A DNA stretch of 32,000 nt from Candidatus Saccharimonadota bacterium (GCA_029715105.1 CP085695.1:690001-722000), one strand, 5' to 3'. Shown: positions 18,931 to 29,350, counted from the first letter of the stretch. Notes: a model not told the origin generated them from the letters alone. Numbers and translations are program-made.

Positions 18931-19683
18931 ATGACGTTGATATTAAATGGGCTACTGTTCAATCTCTTTTTTATAATATGGGAAATAGTATACACTTCAG
19001 TTACACTTCCAATGCTTCTACTCCCCATACGTATAATAAATACTTTTCTTACCTATTCAATAAGAATTGTATTATACATGCTTTATTTATTGCATAATAT
19101 TGAATATACTGTTAAAGGAGTGGAGAATATACCAAAACAACCGTTCATAATTGCTTCTAAACATCAATCCCCGTTCGAAGCATTCATCTTTATACTTTTA
19201 TTTAAAAACGCAGTTTTCATTTTAAAACGCGAACTAAAATGGATTCCATTCATTGGTCTGCATCTTATAGCACTAAAAATGATTTTTATTAATCGTGTAA
19301 ACGGCATTAAATCTATCAGACACATTATTAATTTATCTAAAATCCGTATAAAAGAAAATAGAAATATAATAATATTCCCCGAAGGTACTAGAACATCTAT
19401 AACACAAAAAATAAAATATCAACCAGGAGTTGCGGCACTGTACAATGCGCTATCTATTCCCGTATTACCAGTTGCATTAAATACAGGATTATTCTGGCCA
19501 AAAAATATATTTTCTATAAGAAAAAATTCTGGAAAGGCAACAATAGAGATATTACCTCCTATACATCCAGGATTAAACAAAAATGAATTCTTAAAAAATT
19601 TAGAAAAAACTATTGAAGAAAAAAGTAAAAAATTAACTATAGCTAAAACTAATAATTTACAAATTAATAAAAAAAATCTATAA
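18931..19683 (+). CDS. plsC: 1-acyl-sn-glycerol-3-phosphate acyltransferase
   Basis: N-terminal TM segments. Acyltransferase block I KHQSPFE (H-x4-E/D). Block III FPEGTR. Confidence 0.85.
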   Translation: MTLILNGLLFNLFFIIWEIVYTSVTLPMLLLPIRIINTFLTYSIRIVLYMLYLLHNIEYTVKGVENIPKQPFIIASKHQSPFEAFIFILLFKNAVFILKRELKWIPFIGLHLIALKMIFINRVNGIKSIRHIINLSKIRIKENRNIIIFPEGTRTSITQKIKYQPGVAALYNALSIPVLPVALNTGLFWPKNIFSIRKNSGKATIEILPPIHPGLNKNEFLKNLEKTIEEKSKKLTIAKTNNLQINKKNL

Positions 19684-19717
19684 TATGAAACAAGTACAGT
19701 TAAGATTTTAATCTCAT

Positions 19718-19990
19718 ATGGCAAATCATAAAAATGCTAAAAAAATGATAAAAATCATCGCAAAACGTAATTTAATAAATAAAATGTTTAAAAATAAAAC
19801 ACGCACCGCTATTAAAAAATTGGTTAATATGATTGAGTCTGGTAATAAAAAAAATATTGCTGTAGCATTTCAAAATGCTGAATCTAATTTACAAAAATGT
19901 GCAAGTAGAGGTATCATTCACAAAAATACTGCTGCACGTAAAATACGTCGCTTAAATATAAAAGTTAAAACACTAATATCTTCTTCCTAA
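19718..19990 (+). CDS. rpsT: 30S ribosomal protein S20
   Basis: 90-aa basic protein beginning MANHKNAKKMIK, with NTAARKIRRL. Typical S20. Confidence 0.92.
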   Translation: MANHKNAKKMIKIIAKRNLINKMFKNKTRTAIKKLVNMIESGNKKNIAVAFQNAESNLQKCASRGIIHKNTAARKIRRLNIKVKTLISSS

Positions 19991-20067
19991 CAGGTCGTAA
20001 CTATAAAATTTTCAGTTCACACCCTTTCCCTTTTGCAGAATCAAGTCGACCTAATACCTAAAATTTT

Positions 20068-20382
20068 CTAAAAACACCAACTACTAATCACGTTTATAAA
20101 CTTAAAATACCTCGCTATACCATAAAATATACAACACAAAAATATATATAAAAAGATCATTAAAATATCTCTATGTATGCTGCAAATCATCTTAATTATC
20201 AATAAATAATATATAAAACTAATAATCAAAAATCCATAAACTCCAATTAAATTGGAAAACATACAATAGCACTTTTTAATACTAAACTCTCTCTCTTTAC
20301 AAAGATTTTCAAAATAATCTTGATAAATCTCTCCTCTATCAATAGAGGAAACTAATTCAATTGAAAATTTCTTTTTATACAC
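20068..20382 (-). CDS. hypothetical small membrane protein (2 predicted TM helices, Cys-rich)
   Basis: 104-codon ORF with a GTG start and no recognisable family. In this T-rich context a hydrophobic ORF could be spurious. Confidence 0.3.
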   Translation of the reverse strand: MYKKKFSIELVSSIDRGEIYQDYFENLCKEREFSIKKCYCMFSNLIGVYGFLIISFIYYLLIIKMICSIHRDILMIFLYIFLCCIFYGIARYFKFINVISSWCF

Positions 20383-21075
20383 TAATTAAATAAAATTAAA
20401 GTTCAAAACCTCTTCTTTGTAATAACCCAAAATAAAATAATATATATACCACAAATATAAAATGGAAAATTTTAATAATAAAAACTACTATTTTAATCTC
20501 AAACGATAAAAATTTTCATTCATTAAATGAGATGACCCTGATCTCTCTCTTGTCTATAAAAATAGAGTCTATAATACACAGTAAAAATATTAAAGAAATT
20601 ACTTATAAAGTAATAAAATCCATAGAAAAAAAAATAAACCTCTCAAATTAGATTTAATAAGCTCGAAGATAATCTTAAAATACAAATAATATTTTTATTA
20701 ATGTTTCTTATCCATATCCTAAAATAACTCCACACTTATATTTTACATTCTCTCCTCCGTAAAACTATACTATAGAATTGAATAAACTCATATAAAATAA
20801 AGCTAAGATCTCAGATAATTGGGTGATACAATCCCTTTAAATATAACACCACATAAATTCCTACGCTCTTTTATAAATTTATAAGGGAGATTATATAACT
20901 AAAGTAAACTTACATTACATATCACAAGAATTTTTCATATTATAAATCTAATATGCTTAAATATTATATTTAAAAAATTTCTACTACAAAATAAAAATCC
21001 TTTTTCAGGTTACCTTCATATTCTTAAGTTTCAAGAGAATTAAATTTCTTAATTTTGAAGTTAGCACTAGCACAT

Positions 21076-22104
21076 TTATGCTTTTTTGTCTCCATCCCTT
21101 ATCTTAGATGTAGGTATAGGCGAACTAACTTGTAAATTCTGAACATCCATGAAAAACAAACCCTTTTTCTCGTTCTTTATATCAATTATAGTATGAGTGT
21201 TAAGGGGTAATGGATCATTTATATACCCATGCCCTACCCCCTGAATTGTAAACACTGGAAAATTGACACTTTTTGCAAATCTTTCCTTTACTCTTTCAAC
21301 AAGATTACTATTGCTAGAATTAACAAAGTTACCAAAAATCACCGCTTGTACACCATCAAAAATATTAGCCTGTTTTAAATGATCTAAGCTACGTTCCATT
21401 GCATATGGATAAACTCTTATATCTTCTAAAAATAGAATTTTTCCTTTTGCATTTACTTGCCAAACAGTTCCTATACTATTTTCAACTAATGTCATATTAC
21501 CACCAACAATTTTAGATTCTAACCTACCATTTTTTAACTTAATGTTATTATTAATTATCTTCAAGTTATCAAATCTAATAAAATCTTGTTTATTTAATAT
21601 TAATCCTTCTAATTTCTCAATGGAACTCTCCGAAACAGAATTATTTACTATCATTTCTAACATAGTACCATGCAAGGTTTGCCAATCATACTTAGCTTGT
21701 AAATACGTATGCAAAACAGTTACATCACTATAACCTATAAAAACTTTTCGAGTAATCTTTTCTTTTTGATCGCTTGATAATTTTTCCAGATAAGGAATTA
21801 ACCTAGAAGCTCCTGTTCCACCTCTAATACACCAAATTATTTTGCTTTTACCAATTAAAGCATTAATCAAATCATTAGCTCTAAATTCATCAGAATTAGA
21901 ATAAAATGAATTATCATTACTATATATTTTTTCCGAAACATGAGGATAAAAACCTAAAGCCTCCACATATTCTTTTATAAAAATTAAATCTGACTCTCTT
22001 CCTTTTGAAGAAGGAGCGATAATATCAACTTGATCAATTGCATAAATACTACTCGTATTAACACATAAAACAATAACGTAAAAAATATAAATAATAATAA
22101 ACAT
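21076..22104 (-). CDS. ldcA: LD-carboxypeptidase (muramoyl-tetrapeptide carboxypeptidase, peptidase S66) with N-terminal signal-like sequence
   Basis: S66 triad context is intact: nucleophile motif FIGYSDVT, ILFLEDI (Glu), GVGHGY (His). The N-terminus MFIIIYIFYVIVLCVNTSSIYA is signal-peptide-like. The start overlaps the lipB stop (TAATG). Confidence 0.85.
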   Translation of the reverse strand: MFIIIYIFYVIVLCVNTSSIYAIDQVDIIAPSSKGRESDLIFIKEYVEALGFYPHVSEKIYSNDNSFYSNSDEFRANDLINALIGKSKIIWCIRGGTGASRLIPYLEKLSSDQKEKITRKVFIGYSDVTVLHTYLQAKYDWQTLHGTMLEMIVNNSVSESSIEKLEGLILNKQDFIRFDNLKIINNNIKLKNGRLESKIVGGNMTLVENSIGTVWQVNAKGKILFLEDIRVYPYAMERSLDHLKQANIFDGVQAVIFGNFVNSSNSNLVERVKERFAKSVNFPVFTIQGVGHGYINDPLPLNTHTIIDIKNEKKGLFFMDVQNLQVSSPIPTSKIRDGDKKA

Positions 22105-22724
22105 TAAAATATCTTATAAAATTCTTTTTTTAATAAAAAGTCCAATTCAGAAAATGAAACTTCAACTCCGAGCTTTTTCATTGATGTAACACCACAATCT
22201 TTTAATCCACAAGGAATAATGCCTCTATAGTGAGAAAGATCTGGAGAAACATTAAGTGCTATACCATGATAAGTTACCCATTTCCTTATATGTATACCAA
22301 TAGCTGCTATCTTTTCCATTATTCCGTTGTTACTTACCCAAATACCTATTTTATCTCCCCTGAACTCTCCAATAATGTTAAAATACCTTAAGACATTAAT
22401 AATCCAATCACTCAAATCTCTAATATATAATCTTATATCGCATTTATTTCTTTCTCTAAGATTAAGCATTAAATATACAATACGCTGACCTGGACCATGA
22501 TACGTATACTTGCCACCTCTATCCGTTTTATACACAGGAAATAAATTTTTCACGATCATTTCTTCATCAGTTACACCAATACCTGCCGTATAAAGTGAAG
22601 GATGCTGAAGTAACCATACTAATTCGTCAGATAATCTACTATAAATTCTTTTATTTTTTATTTTCATGAATTTTACAGCATTACTGTAATCAATTAATTG
22701 ATCAGTTATTAACCATTTCACCAT
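22104..22724 (-). CDS. lipB: octanoyltransferase (lipoyl(octanoyl) transferase)
   Basis: LipB motifs: LLQHPSLYTAG, RGGKYTYHGPGQ, KIAAIGI, HGIALNV, IIPCG. Confidence 0.93.
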   Translation of the reverse strand: MVKWLITDQLIDYSNAVKFMKIKNKRIYSRLSDELVWLLQHPSLYTAGIGVTDEEMIVKNLFPVYKTDRGGKYTYHGPGQRIVYLMLNLRERNKCDIRLYIRDLSDWIINVLRYFNIIGEFRGDKIGIWVSNNGIMEKIAAIGIHIRKWVTYHGIALNVSPDLSHYRGIIPCGLKDCGVTSMKKLGVEVSFSELDFLLKKEFYKIF

Positions 22725-23680
22725 ATTTTCACTTATCTGTATTTAATATCTTATGTTTTGTATTAACTATCTGAAGCTTTTTTTATTTAATTTCATTAAT
22801 TTCAGTAAAACTTTAATTTTATTTACATATATAATAATAAAAATTTTTAATTTATTAAAAACATCTTATCAAAAAATTTTCTCTGTTTTATTTTCAATAA
22901 AACAAATTTGAAGTTTACTAAGAAAACCAATTTTTAAAGTTAAATAAAATTTGTCAAAATTAATGTCTTCATGATTCCACAAAACTTAACTCAAATTTTT
23001 ATCTATAAAATAATTACAAATTTTTAATCGGAACCTAAAGATCTAAATAAGAGATCATTAAATAAATTTAATGCATACCAATCCCCAACGTAAGTGGTGA
23101 AACTCACATTTATATATATCCATACTTTTATTATCTTTATCCTTTTCAAGGATCCCACTCATTTAGAAACATTCTAGAGGAACATTCTAAAATTTATCTA
23201 AAACAATTAATACTGCAATCTCATACAAAATACATGAAACAATGTATTTCTTATACAGAATCTTCAAAATTTTAACTAAATTTCTACTTTGTTTTATAAA
23301 TAGGATCTCCATTTTAATTTTACTTTTTCTCTATTTTTCTATTTAGAAAAATAATACTCTCTATAACTATCATTATTAACACTTTTATTTTATATATTTT
23401 TGTTATTTAGATAGTAACCCGTTCAAATTTATCTTACAATTCTTAAAAGAAAAACTAACATCAAAACAATTTCTTCAAATTTTAAACTTTCTACTTTTAA
23501 TTTATTTCTTCCTTTCTTTTTAAAGAAAATTCAACTAATTAATAATTAATATTTCTCATTACTATCTGACTATAAAACTCTAATCCATTTTTCTTTTCTA
23601 ATTTTATTTTAAAAAAATAATTCTACTACGTTTTATCTCTAACCCATCTATCCTGTCTTCACAAAGCCCTAACAGTTATA

Positions 23681-23701
23681 TACACTACAATATGTAGTGT
23701 A
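23681..23701. repeat. hairpin / inverted repeat TACACTACA-ata-TGTAGTGTA
   Basis: 9 perfect pairs including 3 G:C. It sits where the 1.46-kb spacer changes from T-rich to A-rich on the + strand. Confidence 0.5.
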
Positions 23702-24184
23702 CAATTACAAAATTAATTATAACAGATCTTTAACACTAACATAATTTCGGCAAAATCTTACAAAATTTCTAAAATTCAAAATAAAAAATACACAATTAAT
23801 CTTCTTAAAAGATACAAATCTTTATTCACCTATATTCATAACTACATAACAACTAATATTATTTTATATCACTGTTTACATCCTATACCCACACCTCTTT
23901 TTTTAAAGAGTTTTTATAAAACACCATATGTCAATAGTCAATCTTATTTAGTGTCTTATTTCTATATAAATAAATATTTATATAACTTAATTTTAATTAA
24001 ATTAGATATTCGTGATTATAAATTTATATTACATCGTTATCAACGATAATTCCTAGAATATAAATAAGTAAAAAGTTTAATAAAGATAAAATGTATATCT
24101 ATAACTTTTTATAAATTAACTAATTCAAATTGTTGTATATTTTGATACAATAAAACAATTCGTATTGCTTTTAATATAAAATAA

Positions 24185-24742
24185 ATGACAAATAAACAAG
24201 ATTCATTATTAACGTTAATAAAAACAAGACATAGCGGATATTTATATGATTCAAACAAACTAGTAAACCAGGCAGATATTATTACTCTAATAGAAGCAGC
24301 AAGATTCTCTCCTTCATGCTTTTGCGATGAACCTTGGAGATATATTGTATGTAACAAACAAATTAATCAAAATTCATGGGAAAAATTATTAAATTGTCTT
24401 AATAAATCTAACCAAAAATGGGCAAAAAATGCACAAGTCTTAATTATATCGTTAAGTGCAAAAAATTTTCAAAAAATAAATAAAGGAAAAAATTCCTGGG
24501 CTAAACACGATACTGGAGCAGCAAACTATGCACTTATGTTACAAGCCACATCTATGAACTTAATGGCACATCAAATGAGTGGATTTAATAAAAATAAAAT
24601 AATAGAAAAATTTAACATACCTAATAACTTTAATATAATGTCAGTTATATCAATCGGTTACGAAGAAGAAGGAGTTGACATTAAAAAAAAAATAAGAAAA
24701 CCAATAGAAGAAGTACTTTTTTATGACGAATGGCCGAAGTAA
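24185..24742 (+). CDS. nitroreductase-family NAD(P)H-flavin oxidoreductase
   Basis: N-terminal LIKTRHSGYLYD ... LIEAARFSPSCFCDEPWRYIV matches the nitroreductase fold signature. Typical size (185 aa). Confidence 0.8.
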   Translation: MTNKQDSLLTLIKTRHSGYLYDSNKLVNQADIITLIEAARFSPSCFCDEPWRYIVCNKQINQNSWEKLLNCLNKSNQKWAKNAQVLIISLSAKNFQKINKGKNSWAKHDTGAANYALMLQATSMNLMAHQMSGFNKNKIIEKFNIPNNFNIMSVISIGYEEEGVDIKKKIRKPIEEVLFYDEWPK

Positions 24743-25530
24743 TAAAAAAAATGCATGGTACTGGTAATAACTTTGTTATTATAGACTCACGTACAACAAA
24801 TAACTTAAGACGAGATTATAAACAAATAGCTTATCAAAACAATTGCGATCAAGTGATAGTTATCACTAACTCTAACATAGCGGACTGCTTTATGCATATA
24901 TATAATGCTAATGGTAGTAAGGCAGAAATATGTGGAAACGCAGCGCGATGCGTTGGATACTTAATAATGTTAGAAAAAAATACTAAATACATAACTATAG
25001 AATTAATAAACGGACGCATTTTAGAATGCTTTAAAATTAATAACAAGTCTATAAAAGTTAACATGGGCAAACCATTATTTAAATGGTACGAAATCCCCCT
25101 ATCTATTAGATGTAATACTCTCTGCTTACCAATAAAAATCGAAATGCTAAAAAATCCAATTGCAGTAAATATTGGTAATCCTCACATAGTTTTTTTTGTT
25201 GATAATATCGACAAAATACCATTGCAAAATTTAGGACCAAAACTGGAAAAACACGCTCTTTTCCCTGAAGGAATAAATATCAGTATTGCTCAAATCAAAA
25301 AACATGGAGAAATAAACTTGAAAGTTTGGGAAAGAGGTACAGGTATTACTTCTTCATGTGGTAGTGCGTCTTGTGCAGTATTTGTCGCATCTATTCTTCT
25401 TAAACATCTACCTACTAGTAGTACACAAACATTTATAAACTCACAGGGAGGAAAAATACTGGTGCAATGGGTATCAAACAATATATTCATAACCGGCGAT
25501 GTAGGATTTCTTAAAAAGAAAAATTCTTAA
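24730..25530 (+). CDS. dapF: diaminopimelate epimerase
   Basis: KMHGTGNNFVIID. Catalytic Cys motifs EICGNAARC and SSCGSASCA. The start may be ATG 24730 (13-nt overlap with the upstream gene) or ATG 24751. Confidence 0.92.
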   Translation: MAEVIKKMHGTGNNFVIIDSRTTNNLRRDYKQIAYQNNCDQVIVITNSNIADCFMHIYNANGSKAEICGNAARCVGYLIMLEKNTKYITIELINGRILECFKINNKSIKVNMGKPLFKWYEIPLSIRCNTLCLPIKIEMLKNPIAVNIGNPHIVFFVDNIDKIPLQNLGPKLEKHALFPEGINISIAQIKKHGEINLKVWERGTGITSSCGSASCAVFVASILLKHLPTSSTQTFINSQGGKILVQWVSNNIFITGDVGFLKKKNS

Positions 25531-25533
25531 ATT

Positions 25534-26418
25534 TTAAATATAATAATTCATTTTTTCTAAAACCTTTTTACCAATTACAGCAGGAGTTTCTGCAATTGCA
25601 ATGCCAGCACTCTTCATAAATTCTAACTTCGAATCAGCATCCCCACCGCTATTAGAGGAAATGATAGCCCCAGCGTGCCCCATGCGTTTTCCTGGAGGTG
25701 CTGTCTTACCGGCTACAAACCCAACAACTGGCTTCTTAGTTTTCTCTGTCTTTAAAAAAAGTGACACATCCTCCTCCTCGTTTCCACCTATTTCACCAAT
25801 AATTACAATACCATAAGTATCATTATCCTTCAAAAAAAGCTCTACACAATCAATAAACGTCACACCATGAATAGGATCGCCTCCAATTCCTATACACGTC
25901 GACTGACCTAGACCAATAGCAGTGATCTGTGCTACCGCTTCGTAAGTCAACGTCCCAGAGCGAGATATAATCCCTATATGTCCACGTTTATGAATATATC
26001 CTGGCATAATACCTATCTTACACTCTTCAGGAGTTATAATTCCAGGACAATTAGGACCAATCAATTTACTTTTCGAACCAATAAGTGCACGTTTAACTTT
26101 TATCATGTCAAGTACAGGGATTCCCTCTGTAATGCAAACTACTATTTCTATTTCCGCATCTATTGCTTCTAATATTGCATCAGCAGCAAACTTAGCAGGT
26201 ACATATATCACTGTAGCATTTGCATTAGTTTTATCTCTAGCTTCTAGTACAGTACTAAAAACCGGCAAATTAAGATGGGAAGTTCCCCCCTTGCCGGGGG
26301 TTACGCCACCTACCATTTTTGTTCCATACCTAATTGTCTGTTCTGAATGGAACGTACCCTGCATACCGGTAAAACCCTGGCATATTAATCTTGTACTCTT
26401 ATCTACTAAAATTGACAT
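25534..26418 (-). CDS. sucD: succinyl-CoA synthetase alpha subunit
   Basis: [36 protein letters not shown]. Phosphohistidine loop [11 protein letters not shown]. Confidence 0.96.
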   Translation of the reverse strand: MSILVDKSTRLICQGFTGMQGTFHSEQTIRYGTKMVGGVTPGKGGTSHLNLPVFSTVLEARDKTNANATVIYVPAKFAADAILEAIDAEIEIVVCITEGIPVLDMIKVKRALIGSKSKLIGPNCPGIITPEECKIGIMPGYIHKRGHIGIISRSGTLTYEAVAQITAIGLGQSTCIGIGGDPIHGVTFIDCVELFLKDNDTYGIVIIGEIGGNEEEDVSLFLKTEKTKKPVVGFVAGKTAPPGKRMGHAGAIISSNSGGDADSKLEFMKSAGIAIAETPAVIGKKVLEKMNYYI

Positions 26419-27581
26419 GATAAACTATTTACTAATTTTACTATCACCTGTGCAGCATCATCGAATCCTTCTACAAGAGTAACATCTAACCCAGAACTTT
26501 TTAAAATTTTATTTCCATCTTCAAAGTTAGTGCCTGACAACCTAACTACCAACGGAACATTTATATTCATTTCTCTTGAAATCTCACTTATACTGCTTGC
26601 AATGGTATCACAACGCATTATACCTCCAAATATGTTGATTAATATTCCCTTTACATCACTATCAGATAACAAAATTCTAAGTGCATTAATAATAACTTCC
26701 TTACTCGCACTACCACCAATATCCAAAAAATTTGCAGGTTTTGCACCATAATACTTTATTATATCCATTGTTGCCATAGCAAGACCAGCACCATTTACCA
26801 TACAACCAATATTACCTCCACCCATTTTAATATAACTAAAACCATATTTCATGGCTTCCATTTCTTCTACTTTATCGGAAGTGTAAAGCTCCATAATTTC
26901 AGGATGACGATATAAAGCATTATCATCAAAACTAACTTTTGCATCAACCGCAATAAAATCTCCTGAACTTATCTCAGCTAATGGATTAATTTCTATTTGA
27001 CTTGCATCAGTTGCGATAAATGCATCATACATGCTTTTAGCAATATCAGTTATTCTTCTTACTTGTCTTAAACTTAAATTAAAAATACTACCTAATTTAC
27101 TACTATCAAAATTCACAAAACCAACAGAATAATCAATAACAAATCTTACAAGCTTCGTAGGAAAATTTTTTGCGACTTCCTCAATATCAACCCCACCTTC
27201 TGAAGAAAATATAAATACTAAAGTACTAAGCTTTGGATCAATTACTAGGCTCAAATAATATTCTTTTATAATATTTAAACCTTCCTCAAGGTACACTTTC
27301 TTTACCTGTAATCCCATTGAACCAGTCTGATGAGTAACTAAGGCCATACCAAGCATAGACTCAACAAACCTCTTAGCTTCCTCGGGGGACTTTGCAAATT
27401 TTACACCACCAACCTTACCTCTTCCGCCTGCATGAATTTGAGCTTTAATTACAAATACATCAGATTTTAACTTATCCATTCCGATTTCTACTTCCTCTAC
27501 GGAAGAGACAACAAAACCTCTCGGAATCGGAACACCAAACTTGCACAAAATTTCCTTTGCTTGATACTCATAAACGTTCAT
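26406..27581 (-). CDS. sucC: succinyl-CoA synthetase beta subunit
   Basis: [15 protein letters not shown]-grasp region, [10 protein letters not shown]. Overlaps sucD by 13 nt. Confidence 0.96.
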   Translation of the reverse strand: MNVYEYQAKEILCKFGVPIPRGFVVSSVEEVEIGMDKLKSDVFVIKAQIHAGGRGKVGGVKFAKSPEEAKRFVESMLGMALVTHQTGSMGLQVKKVYLEEGLNIIKEYYLSLVIDPKLSTLVFIFSSEGGVDIEEVAKNFPTKLVRFVIDYSVGFVNFDSSKLGSIFNLSLRQVRRITDIAKSMYDAFIATDASQIEINPLAEISSGDFIAVDAKVSFDDNALYRHPEIMELYTSDKVEEMEAMKYGFSYIKMGGGNIGCMVNGAGLAMATMDIIKYYGAKPANFLDIGGSASKEVIINALRILLSDSDVKGILINIFGGIMRCDTIASSISEISREMNINVPLVVRLSGTNFEDGNKILKSSGLDVTLVEGFDDAAQVIVKLVNSLSCQF

Positions 27582-27638
27582 AGTTCATAAACCATAATTA
27601 ATTAATTCCACCCCCCTTTTTATTTCTTTAAAAGGAAA

Positions 27639-27818
27639 TCAGATACATTTTTTTTTATCCCTAGCTCTCTTCTTAGCTTTTTTTCTAGCTATCTTTTCAG
27701 ATCTCTTCTCATGATATTGCTTTCTCATCTTTACACCTCTTCCTTCCTTCTGAATTGTCTTCTTCAAAACAGGGAATGCCCTATCTATATCACCATAATG
27801 AACCGATACTTCAATCAA
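27639..27818 (-). CDS. rpsU: 30S ribosomal protein S21 (not in the ORF track; 59 codons, TTG start)
   Basis: Minus-strand translation: (M)IEVSVHYGDIDRAFPVLKKTIQKEGRGVKMRKQYHEKRSEKIARKKAKKRARDKKKCI*. S21-like layout (..ALR.LKKK.Q.EG..RE.KRR..YEKPSEKR.R). 180 nt in frame, TGA stop at 27641-27639. Confidence 0.85.
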   Translation of the reverse strand: MIEVSVHYGDIDRAFPVLKKTIQKEGRGVKMRKQYHEKRSEKIARKKAKKRARDKKKCI

Positions 27819-27845
27819 AGTTTACACACCGTATAATATATCCCT

Positions 27846-27885
27846 ATGATATGGATTAAACTGATTAAATTGTCAATTTTTTTTT
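27846..27885 (-). promoter_or_regulatory. candidate promoter for rpsU (-sucCD)
   Basis: The minus strand reads gctAAAAAAAAA-TTGACA (27876-27871), 19 nt, TATCAT (27851-27846), then about 27 nt to the TTG start. The spacing is long. An alternative is TTTAAT-16-TATTAT closer to the start. Confidence 0.35.
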
Positions 27886-28055
27886 AGCATACTCATATAT
27901 AAATAACAATATAAACAATAAAAATACAAAAGTCTTAGGATTTTATTATTAAAAATAAAATCTTACGTATTATAACATTAATATTTTATACATATTTGAT
28001 TCAATCCAAGTGAAGTACTTTTTAACCTTTTATCAAAACCACTGTCACTATTATT

Positions 28056-28535
28056 TTATATCTTCACATTAGTCTTCTTCTTATACATAGCTTCAAAATC
28101 TATAGGATCTAGCATAAGAGGAGGAAACCCTCCACTACTTGTAACTCTTGCAATTACCTCTCTTGCAAATGGAAAAAGAAAAGTAGGTCCATCTATAAAT
28201 AAAATTCGTCTTGCCTCTTCAATATCTAATTTTAAAAAATTTTCTATTAAAAAAACACCACAATATTTTGTTTCACAAATAAAAGCAATATCACTACTGA
28301 TATTTTTATTATTTACTGTTGCTTTTGCCTCTATGTGTAAAGTAATTTCATGAAAAAGTTTTCCTTTATTATCTTCACTATTTTTGATTCCTTCTAATCT
28401 CGCTGAATTAATACTTACCATTACACTAATATTTGGGACCTCTCGAGGTAAAAATGGTGAATTTGGATTTTCGAATGATAAATCTTTAATATATTGACCA
28501 TAAACTTTTAACCGTGACTCTTTGTAATATACCAT
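28056..28535 (-). CDS. secB: protein-export chaperone SecB
   Basis: 159 aa. QYIKDLSFENPN near the N-terminus and a SecB-like beta-sheet core (LFPFAREVIARVTSSGGFPPLMLDPIDF). Confidence 0.92.
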   Translation of the reverse strand: MVYYKESRLKVYGQYIKDLSFENPNSPFLPREVPNISVMVSINSARLEGIKNSEDNKGKLFHEITLHIEAKATVNNKNISSDIAFICETKYCGVFLIENFLKLDIEEARRILFIDGPTFLFPFAREVIARVTSSGGFPPLMLDPIDFEAMYKKKTNVKI

Positions 28536-28708
28536 TATTATTTTTAATTAAAGTTTATTTGAAATACTTATACTTTCTTGTACAATATAGCCATTTATAA
28601 ATAAATAGCAAATCTAAGAATTAGAAGTTAATTATTTGGAATATAAAATAAAATAAACCATTTCGTTAACAATTAGTTTAATTAATTATTATATTAATAT
28701 TACTATTT

Positions 28709-29350
28709 ATGATAGAACTCGTAATATATGCTTTGTTAGCAGCTTTTATTTTTTCACGATTATATAATTCTTTAGGAAGATCTACAAGTTCTAATATAAA
28801 AAAACTAACCAATATAATTGACGCAAACCAAGAAGAAAAAAATATAGTAGAAAACGTTGAAAATTATATTTATAATGACACTGACAGTAGCTCAATAAAA
28901 GCTACTTACGAACAAATATTACAAATAAATAAAAATTTCTCAATTTTCAATTTTATGAAAGGTTCAAGCTTAGTTTTTGAATTAGTAATAAAATACTACA
29001 ACCAAGGAAATTTACCCAAATTAAAACCACTCCTAGATAAGGAATTATATAGTAACTTTGTAGAAAAAATCAAATATCGCAAAGAAGTACAAGAATCTAT
29101 AATTGTTTCTATTATCACACAAAAAATTTTAGAAATAAAATTAATAAAAGATACAGTACACATTGTAGTATATTTTCTCTCAGATCAAATTAATTTTATT
29201 AAAAACGACAAAGGAGAAATTATATCTGGTAATACATCTACTATCAATAAAGTTGAAGATATTTGGCAATTTAAAAAAAATATTACTTTCTCAAATCCAA
29301 AATGGCTTCTCACATCCGTAGAATATAAAAAAGAAGATAATGAACATTAA
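28709..29350 (+). CDS. Tim44-like domain membrane protein
   Basis: N-terminal TM (MIELVIYALLAAFIFSRLY) followed by a Tim44-C-like domain (...DIWQFKKN...PKWLL). It is divergent from secB, the usual alphaproteobacterial neighbourhood. Confidence 0.75.
   Translation: MIELVIYALLAAFIFSRLYNSLGRSTSSNIKKLTNIIDANQEEKNIVENVENYIYNDTDSSSIKATYEQILQINKNFSIFNFMKGSSLVFELVIKYYNQGNLPKLKPLLDKELYSNFVEKIKYRKEVQESIIVSIITQKILEIKLIKDTVHIVVYFLSDQINFIKNDKGEIISGNTSTINKVEDIWQFKKNITFSNPKWLLTSVEYKKEDNEH

Noticed and set aside
19992-20051. AGGTCG ... CGACCT inverted repeat spanning the rpsT / hypothetical-gene convergent spacer
   Set aside because: A 6-bp stem closing a 48-nt loop with no convincing internal structure. 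It is not a credible terminator on its own.
22753-22911. 52-codon ATG ORF (MFCINYLKLFLFNFINFSKTLILF...) in the lipB upstream spacer
   Set aside because: Pure low-complexity translation of T-rich DNA. ORFs of this length are expected by chance a few times in about 9 kb of spacer.
24109-24357. 82-aa minus-strand ORF overlapping the nitroreductase start
   Set aside because: It overlaps a well-supported CDS on the opposite strand, has no family features, and begins in spacer sequence. Judged spurious.
26105-26482. 125-aa + strand ORF antisense to the sucD/sucC junction, and similar ORFs (25601-25816, 25978-26172, 26530-26751, 10580-10795, 15724-15975, 13494-13703)
   Set aside because: Antisense shadow ORFs within highly conserved, relatively GC-rich genes, where stop codons are depleted. 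There is no independent coding evidence.
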